From Polyangiales bacterium (GTDB lineage: Bacteria; Myxococcota_A; Polyangia; Polyangiales; Houyiibacteriaceae): 57,405 nt of DNA. The notes under the pieces are model-generated. The model ran no database searches. It had not been told where the DNA came from and saw only the letters and a program-made list of their open reading frames with translations. Below are positions 8,270-17,801 of the stretch, piece after piece. Numbering within the stretch: position 1 is the first letter of the stretch; each line of letters opens with the position of its first letter. The stretch is from the NCBI GenBank assembly GCA_045106895.1, contig JBGCFM010000105.1, positions 1 to 57,405 of the forward strand, read 5' to 3'. Position numbers and translations under genes: made by a program.

Positions 8270-10522
8270 CTAGAGCAGGATATCCGCGCGGTAGGTCCAC
8301 TTGAGGAGCAGTCTTCGCTCCGCGGGGTCGGCTTCGGCGCCGTAGGGCCTCTGCTCCCGGTAGACGAGGAAGAGGTCGGAGCCTGGCGTGTATCGCCAGC
8401 GAAAGCGGGCTAGGGCGATGGTCTGTTCGCTGGCTGTGTTGACCTGGAGGGCGGCGTCGAGTTGCAGCGTGGTCGTGGGCGCCAGAACGACGCTCGCGCT
8501 TCCCGTGAACGTCGCGAAAGGGTCTGTGTCTGGGAGCGTGATGAAGTTGCTCGCGCCGCTCGCTTCGAAACGAAAGTGCCGCGTCGCGTAGAAGCCAAAG
8601 CGCAGGTTGAGGGTTTGTTTGACGCCGCCGAAGAAGCTCGCTTGGCCTGAGTACTCGATGGCGAAGCTTGGGTTGCGTGCGCCGGATCGGGAGAGCCCCG
8701 AATACAGGCTCACGCCGTCGTAGATTCCGGCGCTCACGTTTCGATCGGCGATGGTGAAGTCTTCATCCACGACCTCGTGCACGCCCTCCACGCCCACGTA
8801 GTAGAACATGCCGTTGACGAAGTTTGCTCGTAGGTTGAGACCGAAGTTGCGGCCGACATCTCGGGAGAGGTCCGAGTCGACGTCCTGGCCGACGTACGGA
8901 ATCACGTCGATGGCTTCGAGGCCGTAGGCGCTGGTACGAAACTGGAGGTTGAGGTCGGCTCTCGCCTGCACGACGTCGCCCCGACGAACGAAACCGACGG
9001 CAGGGTCGAAACGTTCGTCGACGTAGCGTAGCTGAAGCACCGGACGAAAAATCTCACCTCGCCACCTCAGCGTGGTCTGCGCCGCGTAGCCGCGCTCGAG
9101 CTGCTTCGGGCCGTCTTCATCCTCATCGTCGACGAGCCGCTCGCCGAAGGAGCCAGACGCGAAGCCCGAGATCTCAAAGCGACCGGCGCGCGCCAAAAAG
9201 TCCACGCCGGTGGTGACGTCGGCGCGGTTGCTCGCATCTGCCAGGAGTGTGCTGATGGCGCCGATATAGGATGCTTTTCCCAGGTTTAGGCGAAGCCGCG
9301 CGACGGTGGTGGAAGCTGTGGCGTCGTCGTAGGTGAGGGCTTCAAGGATGCCGAAGCCCAGGCTTCGTCCTCCGCGCAGGGCGGCGCGTCCGTAGACTTT
9401 GGCGCCGCCGAGCATGAGCACCTCCTCGCTTTCGCGACCGATGCCGATGCGACGTGTGAAGAACGGCTGGAGACTGCCTTCTGCGCCGAAGTTGAAGACA
9501 TCCGCGCCACGGAGAAAGAAGCGGCGACGCTCTGGAAAGAAGAGCGGAAAGCGGTTGAGGTTCACCGTTGGGTTGTCGAGATCGACCTGGGCGAAGTCTG
9601 TAAGCGCGGTGAGCTCTGTCCAGATGTCCTCGCCGAGGCGCATGCGAGCGTCGACGCCAGCGCTGACGGTCCAAGGCGAGCTGGAAGGAAAACGCTCGGG
9701 AGCGTCCTCTCGGAGCCCGCCGGCAACGTAGGGGACGACGGTCAGCGTGCGACCGCCGGCCATGCGGCCGGGGATCTCCAGCCGGCCGTAGTGGATGGCG
9801 GACATCGCGCCAAACTCCACGGGGATGGGCGCCCAGTCGTAGGTCGCGCGGCGCGCGTTGTGGTCGCGGGACAGCTCCAGTCCCATCACGCGTTGCTCGC
9901 CGGTTCCGCTCAGACCAAGGGCGTGCGCGGGAATACGCAGCTCGATGTAGTACGCGTCTTCGTCGATCCGCGCCTCCGCCTCCCAGACGGCGTCGAACTC
10001 CGGGCGAAAGGAGCGCCCATTGTCGATGGCGATGTAGTCGAGGCGCGCGCCGCCTGCGTTGACGACGAAGCCGACGGTGTTGCGTTCATCGCCGCGGACG
10101 TCGAGTTTTACACTCAGGGCGTCATCGCTGAAGATGCGTGTGGTGTCGCGCGTGAGCTCCGCCACGCGTGGCGTCTCGCCCGGGGCGAGCTCGCAGGTGA
10201 TGGCGAAGTAGAGCGCGTCTTCGTCGAAGGCGACGCGAAAGCGGGTGTTGACCGGCGGAACGGCACCACGGACGGGACGTCGCTCGACGAAGCCACCGGC
10301 CTCCGTCGCTCGCGCCCAGATCGCCTCGTCGAAGCGGGCGTCGACGACGACAGCGTCGCCCGCGGCGAAGGGTTCGGCGCGGAGCGATGGGCGCGCCGGC
10401 GTTTCGCCGCCGGAAGCTTGCGGCTCTTCCTGCGCAGACGCCGAGGCGTTGACGAACAAGAGGGCCAGTGAAGCCCACGCTACTAAAGGACGCCGCATCG
10501 AAGGACCCCTGCGTCGGCTCAC
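8270..10522 (-). CDS. CBM9-like/DUF5916 outer-membrane protein
   Basis: N-terminal CBM9-like sugar-binding region; TDFAQVDLD...NLNRFPLFFPERRRFF motif; beta-barrel-like C-terminus (RFRWRYTPGSDLFLVY). Confidence 0.85.
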   Translation of the reverse strand: MSRRRGPSMRRPLVAWASLALLFVNASASAQEEPQASGGETPARPSLRAEPFAAGDAVVVDARFDEAIWARATEAGGFVERRPVRGAVPPVNTRFRVAFDEDALYFAITCELAPGETPRVAELTRDTTRIFSDDALSVKLDVRGDERNTVGFVVNAGGARLDYIAIDNGRSFRPEFDAVWEAEARIDEDAYYIELRIPAHALGLSGTGEQRVMGLELSRDHNARRATYDWAPIPVEFGAMSAIHYGRLEIPGRMAGGRTLTVVPYVAGGLREDAPERFPSSSPWTVSAGVDARMRLGEDIWTELTALTDFAQVDLDNPTVNLNRFPLFFPERRRFFLRGADVFNFGAEGSLQPFFTRRIGIGRESEEVLMLGGAKVYGRAALRGGRSLGFGILEALTYDDATASTTVARLRLNLGKASYIGAISTLLADASNRADVTTGVDFLARAGRFEISGFASGSFGERLVDDEDEDGPKQLERGYAAQTTLRWRGEIFRPVLQLRYVDERFDPAVGFVRRGDVVQARADLNLQFRTSAYGLEAIDVIPYVGQDVDSDLSRDVGRNFGLNLRANFVNGMFYYVGVEGVHEVVDEDFTIADRNVSAGIYDGVSLYSGLSRSGARNPSFAIEYSGQASFFGGVKQTLNLRFGFYATRHFRFEASGASNFITLPDTDPFATFTGSASVVLAPTTTLQLDAALQVNTASEQTIALARFRWRYTPGSDLFLVYREQRPYGAEADPAERRLLLKWTYRADILL

Positions 10523-11484
10523 GCAGGGTACGTCGGTAGCTTCGCTTTCTCCTCATCGAAGCGGTCTGCTTCGATGAAGATGTAGCGCGCCCGTGCGTTG
10601 GTTTCGCGAATCACGCTCTCGATCTCGTTGGTTCCGGCGATGACCTGGGTCATGTCCAGGTCGTCGTTCCACTGAACTTTGAGGGCCACGAGAAACTCGT
10701 CTTCACCTAGCTGCATCGTCCGCATATTCATCAGCTGCGTAACGTCCTTGTGTTCCTCGACGATTTTCCGGATGGCGTCCTGGGACTCCTGCGTGGCGGC
10801 CTCGCCGATAAGGAGTGACTTGGTCTCCCGCGCGACCAAGAACGCGATGAGGACCAGCAGCCCACCGATGGCGAAGGTGGCGTACACGTCCCAGTAAGGA
10901 TTCCCCGTGAGGATGACGAGGCCAATGCCGCCGAGGGCCAAAAAGAGGCCGACGAGGGCAGCGGTGTCCTCCATCCAGATCACGATGATCTCCGTGGACT
11001 TGCTGCCTTCGATAAAGCTGAGGAGACCTTGCTCTCCTCGGAGGTGATTCACCTCCTTCGTCGCGACGTACCAAGAGAAGCCCTCGAGGAGGATGGCAAT
11101 GACCAAGACCCCAATGGCGATTTCCGGACGCTCCATCACATGGGGCTCGCCGGCGGCGGCGGCGGCGGCGAGCTCATCGAGTTTGTGCAGTCCCTCGTAG
11201 ATGGCGAAGAGCCCGCCCAGGGAGAAGAGCATGATGGCGACGATGAAGCTCCAAAAGTAGCTCTCCATCTTGTACCCGAAGGGATGACGCTCGTCGGGGG
11301 GCTTCGCGGCCTTCTTCATGCCGAGCAAGAGCAGGAGCTGGTTTCCCGTGTCCGCGAGGGAGTGAATCGCCTCCGCCATCATGGACGCAGAGGCCGTCAT
11401 GAAGAATGCGCCAAACTTCGCCGCAGCGATTCCGGCGTTTGCGCCGAGGGCGAGGAGAATGACCTTTTTCGAGCCGTGTGCCAT
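10519..11484 (-). CDS. Cation diffusion facilitator family transporter
   Basis: AEAIHSLADTGNQ, HPFGY, EDTAAL motifs; 6 TM plus C-terminal domain. Confidence 0.93.
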   Translation of the reverse strand: MAHGSKKVILLALGANAGIAAAKFGAFFMTASASMMAEAIHSLADTGNQLLLLLGMKKAAKPPDERHPFGYKMESYFWSFIVAIMLFSLGGLFAIYEGLHKLDELAAAAAAGEPHVMERPEIAIGVLVIAILLEGFSWYVATKEVNHLRGEQGLLSFIEGSKSTEIIVIWMEDTAALVGLFLALGGIGLVILTGNPYWDVYATFAIGGLLVLIAFLVARETKSLLIGEAATQESQDAIRKIVEEHKDVTQLMNMRTMQLGEDEFLVALKVQWNDDLDMTQVIAGTNEIESVIRETNARARYIFIEADRFDEEKAKLPTYPA

Positions 11485-11672
11485 GAGTGGGGGACTCTAC
11501 CCCCCGGGCCCTTGGTCGTCCCGCCAAAATGCACGAGCGGCCTGCTGCGCGCGCTTCCTGCGTGTTTTCGTCAGTCCCTGGGGCGGATTTGTATGTCGCA
11601 ACTAGTAAGCGCCGGCCCTCATCGGGAGGCCGATGTGCTCCGTTCCGGTGACTCGTGACATACTCCGCCGCC

Positions 11673-14600
11673 ATGGGCTGGCAGTTTTGGATCGATCGCG
11701 GAGGAACGTTTACCGATGTCGTGGCGAGGCACCCTGACGGCACAACGCTCACGCACAAGCTGCTCTCGGACAACCCGCGGCAGTATGCCGATGCGGCCAT
11801 CGCCGCCATCCGCGCGATTCTGGGGGTTCCAGAGGGCGACGCGATCCCCTTCGAGGACATCGACGCCGTCAAGATGGGCACCACCGTTGCGACGAACGCG
11901 CTCCTTGAGCGCGAGGGTGAGCGCACGGCCTTCGTCACCACGGAGGGGTTCGCCGACGCCCTTCGGATCGGCTACCAAGCGCGGCCGGACATCTTCGCCC
12001 TCGACATCGTGTTGCCGGAGATGATGTACGCGGCGGTGGTGGAAGCGCAGGAACGCATCAGCGCAAGCGGCGACGTCCTCCACCCCCTCGACGTGCAAGC
12101 GCTTCGGCCGAAGCTCGAAGCCCTTCGCGAAGAGGGCTTCGTGTCCCTCGCCATCGTGCTCATGCACGGCTATCGATTCCCCGCGCATGAGCAAGCCATC
12201 GGGGCCCTCGCCGAAGAGCTCGGATTCGACCAGGTGTCCATGTGCCTTGTCGTCCCGCCGCTGATGAAACTCCTCCCGCGCGGCTACACGACGGTCGTCG
12301 ATGCGTATCTCTCGCCTGTACTGCGTCGTTACGTAGGCCAGGTTGAAAGTGAACTTCGGCCTCCGGCAGAGTCGCTCGCGTCCGCGCCTCGGCTCATGTT
12401 TATGCAGTCGAGCGGCGGGCTGTGCGATGCGCGCTCGTTCCAAGGAAAGGACGCGTTGCTTTCGGGTCCCGCCGGCGGCGTGGTGGGCATGGTTCGAACC
12501 GCGACGGCGGCGGGGCTGACGAAGCTCCTCGGCTTTGACATGGGCGGAACATCGACGGACGTTTCGCACTACGCAGGCGAGCTTGAGCGGACCTATGAAA
12601 CGCAAGTCGCCGGCGTGCGCGTTCGCGCCCCGATGATCCATATTCACACCGTGGCGGCGGGCGGGGGCTCACTGCTCCGATTCGACGGACATCGCCTCCG
12701 GGTGGGCCCTGAGTCCGCCGGCGCAAACCCCGGCCCGGCGGCCTACCGAAACGGCGGTCCGCTCTGCATTACCGACTGCAACGTGCTGCTTGGAAAAATT
12801 CGCCCCGAGTACTTTCCCTCGGTCTTTGGACCTCGCGGAGACGAAGCGCTGGACGACGAGGTTGTTCGGCAGAAGTTTGAGGCGCTCGCGGCGGAGGTCG
12901 CTTCCCGGACCGGCGCGGTGCAGAGCGCCGAAGAACTCGCGGAGGGGTTCATTACCGTGGCCGTGGAGAACATGGCCAACGCCATCAAGAAGATCTCCGT
13001 ACAGCGCGGATACGACGTTTCTCGTTACGCGCTGGTTTGTTTCGGCGGCGCAGGCGGGCAGCACGCGTGTCTCGTCGCGGATCGATTGGGCGTCTCGAAG
13101 ATCTACATTCACCCACAAGCCGGCGTTCTCTCTGCCCTCGGCATCGGTCTCGCCGACGTCCGGGACGTACGCGATGCCGCCGTGGACGCACCTCTCGACG
13201 AAGCGCTGCTCTCGGCTCTTGCTCCCAAGTGGGCGGCGCTGGACAAGGCGTCGCGGGGGGCGGTGGAAGGCCAAGGAGTGGAGGTCTCACGCGTCGCTCG
13301 CCGCGTCGCGCTTCGTTACGCGGGGTCCGACCTCGCCATTCACGTGGCCGAGGGCAGCGCCCTCGAGCTGACGCGGCGCTTCGAAGAGACGCACAAGGCG
13401 CGCTTTGGCTTCGTGAGCCCGGAGAAGTCCCTCGTGGTTGAGTCTCTGCAAGTGGAAGCCGTCGGCGAAAGCGACGCTTCGGCAGGGGGCGTGCGCGAGG
13501 GAGTACCCATTGTCGAGAGCGCCACCAGCCATCAGACAACGATGGCCGGGCGCACGCGTTCCACGCCTTTCGTCGAACGCCGCTCGCTCTCGAAGGGCGA
13601 GAGCCTCTCCGGCCCTGCGGTGCTTCTTGAAGCGACGGCCACCACCGTCGTGGAGCCAGGGTGGAAGGCGACGACGCTCGGTGGCGGGGAGCTTCTCCTC
13701 GAGCGGGAGGAGGCGCTTCCTTCGCGCGTCGCCCTGGGCGTCCAGGTCGACCCGGTGCAGCTCGAGATCTTCAACATGCTCTTCATGAACATCGCGGAGC
13801 AGATGGGCGTGGTCCTTGAGAACACAGCGGCGTCCGTGAACATCAAAGAGCGCCTCGACTTCAGCTGCGCCGTGTTTGACGCAGCCGGAGACCTCGTCGC
13901 GAACGCGCCGCATATGCCAGTGCATCTTGGTTCGATGAGCGAGTCCATCAAGTCGGTGATACGCGACTGCGAGATGAAGCCGGGCAGCGTCTTCATGATG
14001 AACGCGCCGTACAACGGCGGAACGCACCTGCCGGATATCACCGTCATCAAACCTGTGTTTCTGGAGGGTGGCGACGCCCCGGTGTTCTTCGTCGCGGCCC
14101 GTGGACACCACGCGGATATCGGCGGAACCGCTGCCGGATCGGCGCCGGCGGATTCGACGCATGTCGACGAGGAAGGAGTGCTCCTCGACAACGTGTTGCT
14201 CGTGGAGAACGAGCGTTTTCTCCTCGCGGAGGTGAGCGCGCTCTTGACCGGGGCGCGCTACCCTGCACGAAACCCGGAACAGAATATTGCCGATCTCAAA
14301 GCGCAGGTCGCGGCCTGTGAGCGCGGCAGCAAAGAGCTTCTGCAGGTTATCGACTACTACGGACTCGAGGTCGTGCACGCCTACATGGGTCATGTGAAGG
14401 ACAACGCCGAGGAGTGCGTCCGGCAGGTCATCGACGCGCTCTCGGACGGGGAGTTCGTCTGCGAGATGGACGATGGGCACATCGTGAAAGTGGCCATCCG
14501 CGTCGATCATGAGAGCCGCAGCGCCATCATCGATTTCCGCGGCACAAGCGGCACGCACCCGGGGAACTACAACGCGCCTTCGGCCATCGCGCACGCCGCC

Positions 14601-15272
14601 GTTCTTTATGTCTTTCGTTGCCTCGTCGATGACGACATCCCGCTTAATGCCGGGTGCATGAAGCCGCTGCAGCTCCTGTTGCCGCCGGCCAGCATGATCG
14701 ACCCGCGCTATCCGGCGGCGGTCATCGCGGGCAATGTCGAGACGAGCCAGGTTATCGTCGACGCGCTCTTCGGCGCCCTTGGAGTCATGGGCGCGGCTCA
14801 AGGCACCATGAACAATCTCTTTTGGGGCAACGACAGGCACCAGTACTACGAGACTATTTGCGGCGGTGCGGGCGCAACCCCCCGCGCCGACGGCTGCAGC
14901 GCTGTTCACACGCACATGACGAACAGCCGACTCACAGACCCCGAAGTCCTCGAGTGGCGTTTTCCCGTCGTCTTGGAAAAGTTTGCGCTGCGCGCCGGGT
15001 CCGGAGGAGAAGGCCGGCAGCGTGGCGGAGACGGCGTCGTACGGCGCATCCGCTTCGAAGAAACGATGGAGGTCAACGTGCTCTCAGGCCGCCGCCGCGT
15101 ACCGCCTTATGGCATGGCGGGAGGACATCCGGGCGCCGTCGGGCACAGCCGAAAGATCGCGCGGGATGGCACCGTGACGGAGTTTTCGGCGGCGGCGAAG
15201 ACTCGGGTTGAACCTGGCGAGCGCTTTGAAATCGAGACTCCCGGAGGCGGAGGCTTCGGTACCCCGGAGTAG
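11673..15272 (+). CDS. oplA: ATP-dependent 5-oxoprolinase (fused hydantoinase A/B)
   Basis: [69 protein letters not shown]. Confidence 0.93.
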   Translation: MGWQFWIDRGGTFTDVVARHPDGTTLTHKLLSDNPRQYADAAIAAIRAILGVPEGDAIPFEDIDAVKMGTTVATNALLEREGERTAFVTTEGFADALRIGYQARPDIFALDIVLPEMMYAAVVEAQERISASGDVLHPLDVQALRPKLEALREEGFVSLAIVLMHGYRFPAHEQAIGALAEELGFDQVSMCLVVPPLMKLLPRGYTTVVDAYLSPVLRRYVGQVESELRPPAESLASAPRLMFMQSSGGLCDARSFQGKDALLSGPAGGVVGMVRTATAAGLTKLLGFDMGGTSTDVSHYAGELERTYETQVAGVRVRAPMIHIHTVAAGGGSLLRFDGHRLRVGPESAGANPGPAAYRNGGPLCITDCNVLLGKIRPEYFPSVFGPRGDEALDDEVVRQKFEALAAEVASRTGAVQSAEELAEGFITVAVENMANAIKKISVQRGYDVSRYALVCFGGAGGQHACLVADRLGVSKIYIHPQAGVLSALGIGLADVRDVRDAAVDAPLDEALLSALAPKWAALDKASRGAVEGQGVEVSRVARRVALRYAGSDLAIHVAEGSALELTRRFEETHKARFGFVSPEKSLVVESLQVEAVGESDASAGGVREGVPIVESATSHQTTMAGRTRSTPFVERRSLSKGESLSGPAVLLEATATTVVEPGWKATTLGGGELLLEREEALPSRVALGVQVDPVQLEIFNMLFMNIAEQMGVVLENTAASVNIKERLDFSCAVFDAAGDLVANAPHMPVHLGSMSESIKSVIRDCEMKPGSVFMMNAPYNGGTHLPDITVIKPVFLEGGDAPVFFVAARGHHADIGGTAAGSAPADSTHVDEEGVLLDNVLLVENERFLLAEVSALLTGARYPARNPEQNIADLKAQVAACERGSKELLQVIDYYGLEVVHAYMGHVKDNAEECVRQVIDALSDGEFVCEMDDGHIVKVAIRVDHESRSAIIDFRGTSGTHPGNYNAPSAIAHAAVLYVFRCLVDDDIPLNAGCMKPLQLLLPPASMIDPRYPAAVIAGNVETSQVIVDALFGALGVMGAAQGTMNNLFWGNDRHQYYETICGGAGATPRADGCSAVHTHMTNSRLTDPEVLEWRFPVVLEKFALRAGSGGEGRQRGGDGVVRRIRFEETMEVNVLSGRRRVPPYGMAGGHPGAVGHSRKIARDGTVTEFSAAAKTRVEPGERFEIETPGGGGFGTPE

Positions 15273-15315
15273 AAATCGCCGTTGACCTTCACGGTCAGTT
15301 GGGCAGAGTAGGGCG

Positions 15316-15909
15316 ATGACGCGAACTCTCTCCATTTTGCTCCTGTCCGGGCTCTTATTCTCTTGGGGCTGCGGCGGTGAAGAAGAAGACACCGACGAAG
15401 CCGAGAGCGTTGAGGTCGAGCCCAGCGACGACGGTGACGAGAGCGAAGACAGCGAGGACGAGGACGAAGTCGCCGACAACCTTGAAGACGAAGAAGTCGA
15501 CACCGGCGAAGAAGAGCTTGGCGGCGAACTGAGCGTCGAGTCAGACGAGCTCATTCTTGACGAAGAGACGCGCGCACGGGTCGCACCGGAGCAGCGCGGG
15601 TTGGCCCACATTCTGTTTCGCTACCAAGGCGCGGAGCGGGCGGAGGGGGTGACCCGCGCCAAGCCCGCCGCCGAAGCCCTCGCGCGACAGGCCCTTGAAC
15701 GCGTCCAAGGGGACGAAGACTTCGGCGCCGTCGCCGCGGAGATGAGCGACGACACCGCGAACAAGGACCACGGGGGCATCATGGGTCTCCTGGAGCAGGG
15801 CCTTCTGCCGGAGCCCCTCGATGACGCTCTCTTCGCGATGGAAGTGGGCGAAGTGCGCGGGCCTGTGGAGAGTCCACTCGGCTATCACGTCCTTACCCGC
15901 ACCGAGTAG
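15316..15909 (+). CDS. Parvulin (PpiC-type) peptidyl-prolyl isomerase lipoprotein
   Basis: Lipobox FSWGC, acidic linker, AHILF...FGAVAAEMSDD...GPVESPLGYHV. Confidence 0.9.
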   Translation: MTRTLSILLLSGLLFSWGCGGEEEDTDEAESVEVEPSDDGDESEDSEDEDEVADNLEDEEVDTGEEELGGELSVESDELILDEETRARVAPEQRGLAHILFRYQGAERAEGVTRAKPAAEALARQALERVQGDEDFGAVAAEMSDDTANKDHGGIMGLLEQGLLPEPLDDALFAMEVGEVRGPVESPLGYHVLTRTE

Positions 15910-15922
15910 GGCGCTTCTCCGC

Positions 15923-16049
15923 CCAGCACGTCGCTGGCTGCGTTGCGCTGCGACTCAGCATCCACAGATGCCTTCGTCTTGCGCGCCTTGCCAGCGTCGC
16001 GCTGGACGAAGAATCGCCGGGTCGCCAGCACGTCGCTGGCTGCGTTGCG
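15923..16049. repeat. REP/BIME-like intergenic repeat between convergent genes
   Basis: CCAGCACGTCGCTGGCTGCGTTGCG at 15923-15947 and 16025-16049, each with a CCAGC/GCTGG stem; a related CCAGCGTCGCGCTGG at 15991-16005. Confidence 0.7.
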
Positions 16050-16074
16050 ACTCAGGCTTCGATGAGGGCGCTCG

Positions 16075-17199
16075 TTAGCGGTCGTTGTCGAGCCACCACC
16101 ACTGATTCGTCGCTTCGTCGAAAGCGACGGGGGCGCCTGCGGCGGGGATTTCTTGGCGGGCGGCCCACAAGATTCCCTGGGTGACGAGTTGACGTTGGTA
16201 GCGGCCCGTGGGGGCGCCATCTTCGGCGACGAAGGACCAGTTTCCGTGGAAGTGCCCGCCGTTGAAGGCGAAGCTTCGACCTCCGTCAGGGCGCTCAAAT
16301 GCCCACGAGAGCGTCTCGTTGCGTCCGTTGAACATGCTCGAGTTCGTCCGCAGGTTGTCCGCGGGACTGCTCTGCAGCAGCGGCGTGATGGCCGCGTCTT
16401 CGAGCCCTCGCATGTTGAAGTACCACTCGTCGAAGATTGTAAATGACGTGGGGACGCCGCGTACGGCGGGGTGATCGCTCGTCGTGGAGAGGGCGGCTTC
16501 CCACAGAGGGTTGTCCGAGAAGCCGAGCTCAAAGTTCCCGCCGAGCCAGGTTCGCAAAATAGGGTCTGATTCGGTGTTTCCATCAACGGCGTAGTGCAGC
16601 GCAACCACGCCCATTCCCCGCGCGACGTGACGCGCCATCACCGAACGGTGGGCTTCGTCGGAGAGGGGGTGCGCGTCGTCGCCGTCCGAATAGAAGACGA
16701 CGGCGGCGGCGTCCTCGAAGGTGGATTCGTCCGCGGGCCAGTCCCTGTAGATCACAGGAACGACGCCGGCGGTTTGGCAGAGCATCTGCGCGAGGATGGC
16801 GCAGCCGGCGAAGTACTCGTGCTGCCCGCTCCGGTGGTCGGTGCGCGAACCCGGGAGCAGGACAACTTTCACGGCGTCGGAGTTTGCCGGCTCTACGCCG
16901 ACAGGTACGCCGGTTTGGTCGAAGCTAAGCCCTTCCTCGTCCACGGAGTCTGGCTCTGGCCAGGCCTCGCAGATACGTTCCGGGAGACGCGGTCCCGCAT
17001 CGGGGATGGTGTCCGCGCTCCCGCCGTCACGAGGGGCAGAAGGCGCGTCTTCCAGCGCATCCAAGGCGCTGTCCGCGGATGCGTCGGGAGCGCTACGCGC
17101 GTCCGTCGGACTTGCATCGAGAGGCCCTGCGTCGGCAGGGTCAATGTCGTCTCCGCACGCGATGCCGAGTGCGAAGATGGAGCAGAGAAGCAAGCGCAT
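16075..17199 (-). CDS. ThuA-like (trehalose utilisation/class I GATase-like) lipoprotein
   Basis: Lipobox LGIAC; HEYFAGC, GVVALHYA, DEWYFNM, GGRSFAFNGGH. Confidence 0.85.
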   Translation of the reverse strand: MRLLLCSIFALGIACGDDIDPADAGPLDASPTDARSAPDASADSALDALEDAPSAPRDGGSADTIPDAGPRLPERICEAWPEPDSVDEEGLSFDQTGVPVGVEPANSDAVKVVLLPGSRTDHRSGQHEYFAGCAILAQMLCQTAGVVPVIYRDWPADESTFEDAAAVVFYSDGDDAHPLSDEAHRSVMARHVARGMGVVALHYAVDGNTESDPILRTWLGGNFELGFSDNPLWEAALSTTSDHPAVRGVPTSFTIFDEWYFNMRGLEDAAITPLLQSSPADNLRTNSSMFNGRNETLSWAFERPDGGRSFAFNGGHFHGNWSFVAEDGAPTGRYQRQLVTQGILWAARQEIPAAGAPVAFDEATNQWWWLDNDR

Positions 17200-17267
17200 G
17201 CCCCATGAGTAACAGCGCGCCAATGCTGTGTGTAGAACTTCGAGCATAGACTCGGTCTGTTAACGGC

Positions 17268-17588
17268 TCAGAGTGACGCGGAGGCCGCCGTGACGACTTC
17301 GTTGGCGCGTGCCTGAGCCCACTCCAGGTCCGAGTCCGTCCACACCGATGCGATCAAGCCGGTACCGAACTTGAACGACAGGTGCGTTCCCGTGGGGGCG
17401 ACGGTGAGTGTGTGCTTCACCTTGTTGGGATCTGCGGTGATCCACTTGCCGGCGAAGGCCATTTGAAGCTCGCTCGCGTCCTGCGACTTGGCCGCGTAGC
17501 CCAGCTTTTCGAGTTCCGTTGCGATGAGCGGGAGCGCTTTGGTGGCATCTCCCGCGAACACGACATTGACTTCACATCCGTTGATCAT
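17268..17588 (-). CDS. Small hypothetical protein
   Basis: The last ~106 codons of the ORF (MINGCEVNVVF...) look protein-like; start uncertain. Confidence 0.6.
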   Translation of the reverse strand: MINGCEVNVVFAGDATKALPLIATELEKLGYAAKSQDASELQMAFAGKWITADPNKVKHTLTVAPTGTHLSFKFGTGLIASVWTDSDLEWAQARANEVVTAASASL

Positions 17589-17801
17589 GCGGCAGTGTCT
17601 CAGGTGGGTTTCTTCTCCGCAACGGCCATCGCGGGCGTGCCTCTCATCGTGGGGAGGGGTCGTCACCGTCTTAGGACGGCTTCGCCTCAGCTTGCGGGAA
17701 CGTCGACCCCAAGTCGTCCGTTGTCTGCGACACCCTGCTAAGGGCCTGGCCTCCAAGGGCCTTCGCCGCAGCGACATCTACGACGAAGAGTTTATGTTTC
17801 G

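Noticed and set aside
13287..14915. Long antisense ORFs (542 aa here; also 1460-2695, 33283-34545 and others)
   Set aside because: Shadow ORFs opposite clear genes, expected in high-GC DNA; no motifs.
15923..16049. Possible mini CRISPR array
   Set aside because: Only two identical units about 77 bp apart, the spacer contains a related hairpin, and there are no cas genes.
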